This document shows positions 39,594 through 48,130 of a DNA stretch of 64,000 bases, one piece after another (position 1 is the first letter of the stretch; the number at the start of each line of letters is the position of its first letter). The notes beneath the pieces were generated by a model that was given only the letters and a program-made list of their open reading frames with translations, did not search any database and had not been told where the DNA came from. The stretch covers positions 17,264 to 81,263 of the IMG/VR virus record IMGVR_UViG_3300032038_006680; one strand, 5' to 3'. This DNA is from a virus. Taxonomy: Duplodnaviria > Caudoviricetes. Both the position numbers and the translations under genes were made by a program.

Positions 39594-39962
39594 ATGAGAA
39601 CAGGAAAAGAGCTTATAGAGTATTTGGATTCAACATTAAAAAGTATGGGGAAGCACAGGAACTGGCTTTCAGAACAGGTTGGCATGAGTCATAATGTATG
39701 GTCTATGACAAAAACCCGGAACGGTTATCCTTCCGTCACGATACTGGCAAAAGTCGCGGAGCTGCTGGGAATTACCATTGAGGAGTTGCTTGGCATCGAG
39801 TGTCCTGAACCACAGAAAAAAGAATATGATGCGGATGTCAGGAAAATGGCGGACATGCTTATGGAAATTCCGCCTGAAATAAGGAAAGGTATCGAAGCAA
39901 ATATCCTGGTTCTTTATAACATGGAAATCGGAAAAAAAGATACGGATAGAGCAATCGGCTAA
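39594..39962 (+). CDS. XRE-family HTH repressor
   Basis: WLSEQVGMS...YPSVTILAKVAELLGITIEELLG. Confidence 0.85.
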   Translation: MRTGKELIEYLDSTLKSMGKHRNWLSEQVGMSHNVWSMTKTRNGYPSVTILAKVAELLGITIEELLGIECPEPQKKEYDADVRKMADMLMEIPPEIRKGIEANILVLYNMEIGKKDTDRAIG

Positions 39963-40059
39963 TACGACGATTTATCACTATCCATTCTGAATAAAAAAAT
40001 AACGGGCGGTAATGCCGCCCGCACCCCCCCTTTTTTCGCTATACAGGGAAAAAAGCAGA

Positions 40060-40401
40060 TTACTTTCCGCCCCTTCTCCGTGAGTCCAGAAACTTCTTAA
40101 TGTCACGGCGATAGTAGACATACCCAACCCCCATACGGATTTTAGGAATATCTTTGGGTATGCTCATTCTTGGGTCAATGGAATCAAGCTTGAGATATTC
40201 CCTTACTTCCTGCTCTGACATAACTTCGGCACCACCAGCAAGGGATTCGTCTATCTTTCGCTCCAAGTTCAAAAGGTACTGAATCTGGTCACGGATTTCA
40301 TTCTTCTTTTCAAGCAGGTCTTCTTCCGTGTAATGGAATCCGCCTGTAAAATCTCTCGGCTTCTGCGGCGTATCAAAAGGCTCTTTTACTTCGTCTGACA
40401 T
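40060..40401 (-). CDS. Excisionase-like HTH protein
   Basis: MSEQEVREYLKL...IPKIRMG..YVYYRRDI. Confidence 0.55.
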   Translation of the reverse strand: MSDEVKEPFDTPQKPRDFTGGFHYTEEDLLEKKNEIRDQIQYLLNLERKIDESLAGGAEVMSEQEVREYLKLDSIDPRMSIPKDIPKIRMGVGYVYYRRDIKKFLDSRRRGGK

Positions 40402-40415
40402 AAGTTTCCCCTATA

Positions 40416-40499
40416 CGGAAGTGGCGAGTCCCGACCTCGCATTACCCGAAGGTACCCAACTTAGCAGGCTGGTGGTTTTGCCAATTCACCCACACTTCC
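40416..40499 (-). tRNA. tRNA-Ser (GCT) with a non-canonical T-loop
   Basis: GGAAGTG/CACTTCC plus G73; CCAGC-CTGCTAA-GTTGG; variable arm TACC-TTCG-GGTA; T-arm GCGAG-GTCGGGA-CTCGC. Confidence 0.8.
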
Positions 40500-40509
40500 A
40501 AAAAAAAAC

Positions 40510-40581
40510 AGAGAACAGGGAGAATCGAACTCCCTCATAGCGATTTTGCAGACCGCCGCCTTTCCACTTGGCAATGTCCTC
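40510..40581 (-). tRNA. tRNA-Cys (GCA)
   Basis: GAGGACA/TGTTCTC plus U73; GCGGT-CTGCAAA-ATCGC; GGGAG-TTCGATT-CTCCC. Confidence 0.9.
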
Positions 40582-40697
40582 TAGGAGTGCCTGTTTTTAG
40601 TCGGTGCACACAGACGACATCTGACTTTTTCTAAGCCAGTGAAATAGGTTAATCAAGCTGACTACTTCCCATTCGGGATTTCGCGAGCCAAACCGTT

Positions 40698-41120
40698 TTA
40701 CACTGAGTACATCTTGATGAATTTATTGTCCTTCCACCTATTTGTAATCTCAATGATAATCTCCGTGTCAGAAGGTCTGTCCTCGTGCGGATTCAGTCTC
40801 CTCTCCTCAGTAACCACATTCGCAATCATCTTGAAGAGTTGCTTCGAGACCTTATCCTCGGCACGGAACAAATCTTCGTCTGACAAATCGACGGAGATAC
40901 AGTCAGCAAAGGTATCAGTTATCTTTGCCTCAGTCTCCGAGACCTCAGCCTGGTATTTTCTCAGGGCAATCTCAGCCGCCCTCTGAGCTGACATCTCAAG
41001 ATTATTCCACTTGATTACCACGCTTACCGGGACATTCCATTTCTCGGAGCATTGCTGCGGGGTGAGCCCGTAGCCAATATCTTTCTGAACATTTGCCTGA
41101 AGTTCTTTTGTATACCTCAA
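40698..41120 (-). CDS. Hypothetical protein with N-terminal HTH
   Basis: GLTPQQCSEKWNVPVSVVIKW. Confidence 0.55.
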   Translation of the reverse strand: MRYTKELQANVQKDIGYGLTPQQCSEKWNVPVSVVIKWNNLEMSAQRAAEIALRKYQAEVSETEAKITDTFADCISVDLSDEDLFRAEDKVSKQLFKMIANVVTEERRLNPHEDRPSDTEIIIEITNRWKDNKFIKMYSV

Positions 41121-41440
41121 TTTTCCCCTCTGAGATATGAAATGAATTCATCGTTTATACCAGCCAAAGCATCTTTCATTTTCCCGAACTCTTTCTGCAA
41201 GTGCTTCGTGTAAAACCACGCCACCCATTTTCCGTTGATATTATCAAGCCTTGCGAATACCAGCTCGGAATTCCGTATCACAAAAGATGTCTCAACGGAA
41301 GTGTCCTGAAAGATTCCTAGCCGATTATTTTGTCTCGTCATAGTGCTTGCGGCTTTCCTCTGTTCTACCAAATAGCTTCCCCTCTTATTTAGTAGTCTTA
41401 AATTTTTGTATCCTACTGATGCGCTTACTTTTGTTCCATA

Positions 41441-41466
41441 TAACCCCTGCGCAAACGCAGGGGTTA
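41441..41466. terminator. Perfect 11-bp hairpin right after ssb
   Basis: TAACCCCTGCG-CAAA-CGCAGGGGTTA. Confidence 0.55.
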
Positions 41467-41471
41467 GTGAG

Positions 41472-41909
41472 TTAGAACGGCATATCTTCGGGAAAACCGT
41501 CAGCGGGATTAAATGACTGCTGTGGCTGAGAGTAGCCCTGGGCGGCTCCCTGGTTCGGAGCTTGACCGTCACGTTTTCCACCGACAAGCTGAATATTCTC
41601 CGAAACGATTCCGACAGATGAACGGTTCTGTCCGTTCTGGTCTTTCCAGCGGTCTTGCTTGAGATACCCCTGCACGGCAACCTGAGTTCCTTTTCTAAGA
41701 TAAGTCTTAAGGTTCTCCGCCGTCTTTCCCCAAATTGTCACGTCAAAATATGAGGCCTCGTCCTGCCTCTGGTTATCTTTTTTTACGGAGCGGTTGACCG
41801 CTACGCTTATGCGTGCCCGTGCCGTTCCGTTTGCCGTGACCTGATAAGACTTGTCATCAAGGTCTTTTGTAAGCCGTCCGATAATTGTTACGCTGTTCAA
41901 GTCTGTCAT
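41472..41909 (-). CDS. ssb: Single-stranded DNA-binding protein
   Basis: LNSVTIIGRLTKD, WGKTAE, KGTQVAVQG, acidic tail DGFPEDMPF. Confidence 0.95.
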   Translation of the reverse strand: MTDLNSVTIIGRLTKDLDDKSYQVTANGTARARISVAVNRSVKKDNQRQDEASYFDVTIWGKTAENLKTYLRKGTQVAVQGYLKQDRWKDQNGQNRSSVGIVSENIQLVGGKRDGQAPNQGAAQGYSQPQQSFNPADGFPEDMPF

Positions 41910-42271
41910 TTATTCGTCCCTCATAAATTCAGGTTTAGACTCCGCCTCTGGTGCGGATTCATCGCGGATAGATTTTTTAGAGGCTTTTTTCTCCTCTTTA
42001 GGCTCTCCCTTTTGTTTTCCTGTCCGCATCACCGTGATTCCGAGCTTCTTGCTCGCTTCTTTGTCGATTTTCATATATCCTCCAATATTTTATTTGCCAT
42101 AAAAATATTCACACTTCGGATTCTTGTGTTTGCTTGCGCGGGCCATCAACCCCTTTGATTCGAATTCCAACACAAGCTCCCTAGCTTCCTGTTCTTCAAG
42201 ATTCACCGCCTTGACGATATATCCAACTTGTTTCTCGTCAAAGACCGAGACCTTCCAATAAGTCCTTGCCA

Positions 42272-42703
42272 TCAGTTTATGCCCGTTGAGCCAAAACCAT
42301 TTTGTCCGCGTTCTGTCTCGGAAAGTTCGTCAACTTGCATGAATTCAAATTGTTTAGCCTTCTGAATTTTCATCTGACAAATACGGTCAAGGTTCTTGAT
42401 ATCAAAGTCTCCATCAGAATCGTTGATAAACTGACACATAACCTCGTTACGGTAGTCCGAGTCGATTGTTCCGATGGCAACATCAACACCTTTTTTTGTC
42501 ATTCCGCTCCGTGGCCTGATTACAGCCTCATAACCTTGCGGAAGCTCAATACAGAAACCTAGAGCAATCAAAACTCTTGTTTTTTTTGGAATGGTAATAA
42601 ACGGTACCGCGAGCCTTGCATAACAATCACAACACGCAGCTCCCTCGGTTTTGTACTCAGGCATTTTCCCGCCGTCAATTAGTTTTACCTTAATCTTTTC
42701 CAT
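42272..42703 (-). CDS. dut: dUTPase (trimeric)
   Basis: GAACCD, IRPRSG, GTIDSDYR, RGQNGFGSTG. Confidence 0.95.
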   Translation of the reverse strand: MEKIKVKLIDGGKMPEYKTEGAACCDCYARLAVPFITIPKKTRVLIALGFCIELPQGYEAVIRPRSGMTKKGVDVAIGTIDSDYRNEVMCQFINDSDGDFDIKNLDRICQMKIQKAKQFEFMQVDELSETERGQNGFGSTGIN

Positions 42704-42911
42704 AAAGCCCCTCCGCGATTTTGCCGGTCATTCTGACTGAATCGTTTTTCTTGAGATCTTCAAAAACCTCATCCTTAAGGTAATAGCGGATGTTCCCCAT
42801 TCGGTGTTCCCTGAGAACTCCTCGCTTAACCCAGCGGCAGACCGTCTGTTTCGTGACTCGGAACAGTTTCATTATGTCCTTTCTTTTTAAAAGTTCTTCC
42901 TCTTTTTCCAT
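42690..42911 (-). CDS. xis: Excisionase (HTH_17-like)
   Basis: LLKRKDIMKLFRVTKQTVCRWVKRG; divergent from attP/int. Confidence 0.7.
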   Translation of the reverse strand: MEKEEELLKRKDIMKLFRVTKQTVCRWVKRGVLREHRMGNIRYYLKDEVFEDLKKNDSVRMTGKIAEGLYGKD

Positions 42912-42958
42912 GTGTTTTTCTTTTACCGATTTGATTTTAGATTACGCTTCTGACACTA

Positions 42959-43005
42959 ATTATAAGTTACTTTTGTTACTTTGTCTATAATTTCAAGTTA
43001 CTTTT
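42959..43005 (-). promoter_or_regulatory. Promoter TAGACA-N17-TATAAT with tandem AGTAAC boxes
   Basis: -35 at 42987-42982, -10 at 42964-42959; GTTACTTT appears three times on the plus strand. Confidence 0.65.
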
Positions 43006-43210
43006 GTGCACAAGAAGAGTAAAAAAGCGTGTTTCCAAATGTGTGACCAAATGAAAATTAACAAAAGTTACCTAAAGTATACGGTATTGAATAAAATAAA
43101 GATTGATGTTACAGTATTTATATGCTGTAAAAGCAGATAGTAAAACATTGACCTGCATAGATTTATGGATTTATGCGACGGAGCGAGGCGAAAGACAACG
43201 GCTCATTATC

Positions 43211-43256
43211 TCAGCCTTCCAAGCTGATGACGAGGGTTCGACTCCCTTCTGCCGCT
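43211..43256 (+). other. attP core: 3' half of tRNA-Gly (TCC)
   Basis: TCAGC-CTTCCAA-GCTGA, GAGGG-TTCGACT-CCCTT, CTGCCGC plus U73; the upstream 5' half cannot pair the acceptor stem; adjacent to the integrase. Confidence 0.8.
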
Positions 43257-43258
43257 GA

Positions 43259-43299
43259 AATCCTTGTATTATATAAGGTTGTAATACAAGGATTTTTTT
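43259..43299 (+). terminator. Intrinsic terminator downstream of the att core
   Basis: AATCCTTGTATTA-N10-TAATACAAGGATT followed by a T-run. Confidence 0.75.
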
Positions 43300-43320
43300 A
43301 TTGCACGAATCTAGGGGGCA

Positions 43321-44457
43321 ATGTGTTACCAAAATGTTACCACTATGCCCAGATACAAAGAACCTTTCACTATTTTTCCTCGAAAATTAAGGTCGGGGAA
43401 GACTGTCTATTATTACAGGACATACTCACCTGACGGGGAACGCACGGTCCCCCGCTCCACTGGCCTCACGAACAAAACTCAGGCAAGAAATTACTGCTCA
43501 GAGCTTTATGCCGCAGGAATGCTTTACTGTGGTATCGGAATGAGTTTTGGCGCATACGCAAATAAATTCTTCGACGACGGCGAGGAATGGATGTGCGACA
43601 AGATTCAGACAAGTAACGGAAAGGAACAGCCTGTGGCGAAAAGCACATTAAAGGCTTACCGACATAACACTAAAGATGTCCTTATTCCCTATTTCTCGAA
43701 AATAAAACTGGCGGATTTAAAACCACGGCACATAAAATCATTCAGGGATAAAATGATTAAGGACGGAAAATCCAACGCAACGATAAACCTTGCCTGTGCC
43801 TGCCTTAAAATCATCATCTCTTATGCGATTGCTAATAAACTTATGACTTTCAACCCATTTTCCTCTGTCTCGCAGATGTACACGGACGCAAGGAAAAGGA
43901 AGGCGTTCACGCTTGATGAGATGAAGGATATTTTGAAATCAGACTGGGATAGCGCGGAAAGAAGGGCTTTCGTTATTACAGCCGCCGTAACGGGAATGAG
44001 AATCAGCGAAATTTGCGCGATAAGGAAAGAGACCCTTCACGAGGATTACATAGATATTAAGGACCAATATCTTAACAACGAGTTCGTTCCCGTAAAAGAC
44101 GGTGAGCGACGGAAAGTAAGGATTTGCAAGGAGTTGCATACCCTTTTGGCGTGGTGTATCAAGAAGAATGATGGCATGGCGTTTTGTGAGGATAAGGATA
44201 CATACAGAACCGAATTCTATAGAAAAACAGGGCTTACGCATGAGCAGCGTGTACAGAAAGGGCTTTCATTTCATTCTATAAGACGCTTCGTGAACACATA
44301 TCTCCTCTCAAAAGGCTTGCCGGAAATAAAAGTAAAATGTGTCCTGGGACACTCTTCGGGAAAAGGCTCCATGACCGAGCGATACGCCAATTTCCAGCCG
44401 AGCGATTTTGATGATTTTGCAGAAATTCAGAGGAATTTGATGAGTGAGTTTTACTGA
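43321..44457 (+). CDS. int: Tyrosine integrase
   Basis: TGMRISE, FHSIRR, LGHSS, MTERY. Confidence 0.95.
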   Translation: MCYQNVTTMPRYKEPFTIFPRKLRSGKTVYYYRTYSPDGERTVPRSTGLTNKTQARNYCSELYAAGMLYCGIGMSFGAYANKFFDDGEEWMCDKIQTSNGKEQPVAKSTLKAYRHNTKDVLIPYFSKIKLADLKPRHIKSFRDKMIKDGKSNATINLACACLKIIISYAIANKLMTFNPFSSVSQMYTDARKRKAFTLDEMKDILKSDWDSAERRAFVITAAVTGMRISEICAIRKETLHEDYIDIKDQYLNNEFVPVKDGERRKVRICKELHTLLAWCIKKNDGMAFCEDKDTYRTEFYRKTGLTHEQRVQKGLSFHSIRRFVNTYLLSKGLPEIKVKCVLGHSSGKGSMTERYANFQPSDFDDFAEIQRNLMSEFY

Positions 44458-44467
44458 CATCACCATA

Positions 44468-44499
44468 TTGAAGTACCCACAGCTAAAGCAGGGGCTTTC
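44468..44499 (-). repeat. Isolated IS200/IS605-type right-end hairpin
   Basis: GAAAGCCCCTGCTTTAGCTGTGGGTACTTCAA closely matches the tnpB right end at 30107..30138. Confidence 0.7.
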
Positions 44500-44811
44500 T
44501 CGCCCATATTTCCATAAAAATCAAAGTATAATTCCTCATCGCTTCCAGCATATACTTCAATTCCGTCAAATGTTTTTGACATTTATTTTAGCTATCCTTT
44601 TTATCAAAAACCCTTACCTCTGGCTCATATTCTTCTTCCCATGCACAATGCCTGTTGTCTTTACGGCCTATTGATTTAACGAAATATAAACGGGTTGGAA
44701 CTTCTGAAAACCTTGATTTTGCTTCTTCCAATGTGTCAGCATAGATACAGCAGAAAGACCAGCCCCCGTCTATGTATTCATAAACGAAAGTGAACATGTA
44801 TCTAGGACAAC

Positions 44812-45162
44812 TCATATCTTCTTTACATCCTTTACCCAGATTACCGCTCCCTGATGTTTTTCGTAATCGAAAGGAGTGACTTCTCGAACATCTTCGAGAC
44901 ACCAGCCGTAAGGAGTTTTGTATCTTTTCAAAAGCTCCTTAAATATGATGTCTACCTTATGAGCAGCGCGTAAATCTTCCCAAGTCTGTTCATCAAACTT
45001 AATAACCTTGCTTATCACGGCTGTTGCCACAACCTTACCTTTTGATTCGATAAGGTAAATTTTCTCGCCAATCTTTTTAGTCTGAGAACCACGAACTTCA
45101 ATCCTTTTACCGTGAGAAAGTATTCGTTCAAGCCAGTAGGGTTTTATTATCAATCCGTCCAT
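44812..45162 (-). CDS. ASCH domain protein
   Basis: GLIIKPYWLERILSHGKRIEVR...YGWCL.DV. Confidence 0.8.
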   Translation of the reverse strand: MDGLIIKPYWLERILSHGKRIEVRGSQTKKIGEKIYLIESKGKVVATAVISKVIKFDEQTWEDLRAAHKVDIIFKELLKRYKTPYGWCLEDVREVTPFDYEKHQGAVIWVKDVKKI

Positions 45163-46654
45163 TATTCTGCCTTTTCAGTTTCCAGAGGTTCAGAAATCAA
45201 ATCTGGTAATCTTATATATTTCAGAATCTTACCTTCTTTTATTTGTTTATCCATATCTCCAATCGCCTGTTCGAAATTCTCAAATACACAAGGACAAACA
45301 TGACCTTTAGTTATATTTACAAAACGACAACCTGTAGCAAGCCCTTTATTGTTCATTAACCAAACTTCTACAGCGTCTTTTGGTCTGATAACATAGAATC
45401 GTATTATTTTCCCCACTTATTTAGTTCTCCTCTTTCGTCATATAAGTTTTCCTTGTTCTTCAAGCCATTTATAATCTCATTAAATTTTTCCCGTGGTGTA
45501 AATATACATAACGCCAAGAATAAGAACATAAAATCCTCCCCGTTTTCTTTTATGTTTTTATCTGATATATCCGTTGACAATTCTTTCTGCATTACAACCT
45601 CACTTTGGTGCTATATAGTTACCACAACAAGAACAAACACACCTTCCATTTGATGTGATTGTATAAGCGGCATCTTTGTTACAAAACTCACAGTATGTTG
45701 TCTGTTCAAACTCTTTCATTGCTAACTTATAACCTCGGCAAAAAGCAAAATACTCGTTTTGCCATATAGGGTTTCTCATTATAGTTTCATAATCGAAAGC
45801 ACAGTTATATTTGTTTTTAAGATACTCAAAAGCTTTTTGTTCAATTTCTTTTTCGTCCATATTTTAGTTCTCCTTAAACACTTCTTTCTCCATAAGAACC
45901 GCTAGTTTATGAAGCCTCTTGTCAATCTGCTTGTAAAGCCTGTATAAAAAGTGCCATATAATCACTTTCAGCACCTAATGTCGTGAAGTTGATTTTATCA
46001 AACAGGGTTCTTTTTCTTTCTTCGCCTATCATTTTTTCATCAGTCATTTGCTTTTATCCTCTTTCTCAACTTCAACTTTATAATCCTCTTCCAAATCTCC
46101 ACTCCAAGGATAAGATACGAATCTACAACCAATACCATAGCACTCGCCTATAGCACCTGCTTAACAATGGTAGCATGGATTGTCTATTTCCACGGTTTCT
46201 TTTGTCATTCTGTCTCCTTCAGGAATTGTTTTGCTTCTGCACAGATATTTTCATAAAGTAACATATTAACACTATGCCCAACGGCACAAGGTTTATTCTT
46301 TAATTCTATAAATCTTAATAACAAATCTTTCGCTTTGGTGAGTTGTTGCTTTTTTGCTTTCGACTGTTTTTCAAGTTCTGGTGTGAGCAAGTTAATAGCA
46401 TTAAGCCTTGCTTTCAGCCCTTCACATTGCTTTGCATAATATTTATCATCCCTCCCATTGATAATCGAAATCGCCTTGCTATAGAGATGTTCGGGAATTA
46501 TGTTTTCCTTTTTATAAATTTTTGATTCACATATCAAAATTTCGATTTCATTTAATTTGCTCTGCTTAGAAAAAGCTTTTTTCTTAAATTCTTCAGTATA
46601 AATATTAAACACGGTTTCCTCATTGCCGTTTTTATCGATAAAATTGATATACAT
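45162..46654 (-). CDS. Run of small hypothetical genes (45162..45416, 45404..45592, 45600..45860, a broken gene near 45870..46047, 46205..46654)
   Basis: ORF track plus hand translation. Confidence 0.5.
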
Positions 46655-46674
46655 TTTTTTTCAACCCCTTTTAT

Positions 46675-47580
46675 CTAAAAAATATCGTAATCCTGTTTTT
46701 CGTCAGTTAAAGCTAAATCAGCAAGCGATTCAGTTGTCAAATTATCCTTGACAGCTTCTTTTTCAGAGGAATCAATCTCTTCAAACTTTTTCTTTACCGT
46801 AAACGGATAAAGTTCTCCAGCCTTATCGTAAGCAGCCTTAACTCTTGGAATTAAATGTGGATAAATAGATAAGAGCCGTTCCCAACCGTGTCTATGCTGA
46901 ACCTCAATATGTTCGTAATGCGTCATACGAAGGAAATTCCAGACACAATTTCTTAAATCAGGTCTCTTAGATTTTGTTATTATATGACAAACTTCCAATG
47001 TACCGTCATTTATTCCGCTCGCCATTGATACATTGTTCCGTTCACACCATTCATCAATGGAAAGTAGATTTCCATCAGAATCGTAATCGCAGGGATTTCC
47101 TTCCCCTACAGAAGTCTCCCTTTTAAATTCTTGGAACAAATCTTTGACCTCAATTTGTTGTCTATCGTCTAAATCACAGTTTTCAATGATAAGAGCCATT
47201 ATGTTTGTAATAAACTGTGCGGCCTGCATTTTGCTCATTTTGGAAAGATGAACAGGTACTTCTCTTTCTGGGTGCAACAAGTCCGGCTCCCTATCCGCGT
47301 AATCCCACAAAAGAGACTCATACATTTTTTGATTTTCCTCACTGTTTGGTTTTCGGTCATAATTGCATTGAAAAAGAATTGAGCATAATGCAAAAACGGT
47401 CTTCACTTGGTCGTAAGTTTTGTTTCCCTTCGCTTTGTTTATCGTCACCGTTACGTACTGATTCTGAGCACCTTCACAAAAAGTGTTCAGAATAGACCGT
47501 TCAGAAGGAGTTGCAGGGAGTAAAAGAAAAGAGCCGTTTTCAAACTTGTGAGGTACAGCACGAATAACAATCTTACTCAT
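46675..47580 (-). CDS. Putative NinB/HNHc-like recombination nuclease
   Basis: KTYDQVK.VFAL; C-terminal LEVCHII...LRMTHYEHIEVQH. Confidence 0.5.
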   Translation of the reverse strand: MSKIVIRAVPHKFENGSFLLLPATPSERSILNTFCEGAQNQYVTVTINKAKGNKTYDQVKTVFALCSILFQCNYDRKPNSEENQKMYESLLWDYADREPDLLHPEREVPVHLSKMSKMQAAQFITNIMALIIENCDLDDRQQIEVKDLFQEFKRETSVGEGNPCDYDSDGNLLSIDEWCERNNVSMASGINDGTLEVCHIITKSKRPDLRNCVWNFLRMTHYEHIEVQHRHGWERLLSIYPHLIPRVKAAYDKAGELYPFTVKKKFEEIDSSEKEAVKDNLTTESLADLALTDEKQDYDIF

Positions 47581-48034
47581 TCACAACTCCTTCTGGTACA
47601 GTTATGTTTTTATATTTTAAGAAAGCATCCAGCTGCCAATCTTTAGAATGTTCATAAGTATAATCATAAATTAAATCTGGAGGGTAATTTAAAATTTCAC
47701 CCCATTTTATAGTTATTTTGCCAACACCTTTATAATATATTTTTCTTGAATTTCTTTTGTTATATCCTTGTTCTATCAATGTTATCCAGCAACAGTTTTT
47801 AGGCTCATAATTACCGTTTACATCAATCCTTTCTATGCTTAAATTATTTTTATAGCCATTTTCTAAAGCCCACTTTTTAAATGTTGGAAAATCGTTTTTC
47901 CATTCGTCGCACACCGAGATGCCTCTTTCACCATAATCCTTAAAACTTCTGTTCTTGGCACGATAACATCTATCTTTCATTCCGCACCAGATATTATATA
48001 ATTGCAACACTGCCCTTATAGATATTTTATTCAT
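47573..48034 (-). CDS. HNH homing endonuclease
   Basis: LYNIWCGMKDRC...YGERGISVCDEW...SIERIDVNGNYEPKNCCW...EQ..NKR. Confidence 0.85.
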   Translation of the reverse strand: MNKISIRAVLQLYNIWCGMKDRCYRAKNRSFKDYGERGISVCDEWKNDFPTFKKWALENGYKNNLSIERIDVNGNYEPKNCCWITLIEQGYNKRNSRKIYYKGVGKITIKWGEILNYPPDLIYDYTYEHSKDWQLDAFLKYKNITVPEGVVNE

Positions 48035-48042
48035 TTAACATG

Positions 48043-48130
48043 ATGATAATATATTTATTGTATATTGTAAATATCATTTGTATATTATTTTTATATTAAA
48101 TTGACAAAAACTATATAAATCCTGTATATT
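48043..48130. promoter_or_regulatory. Divergent promoters: TTTACA-N17-TATCAT (left) and TTGACA-N18-TATATT (right)
   Basis: Boxes at 48071-48066/48048-48043 and 48101-48106/48125-48130; repeated GTATAT/ATATAC. Confidence 0.6.

Noticed and set aside
43173-43256. Complete tRNA-Gly gene
   Set aside because: The 5' segment cannot form the acceptor or D stems; it is better explained as the att core.
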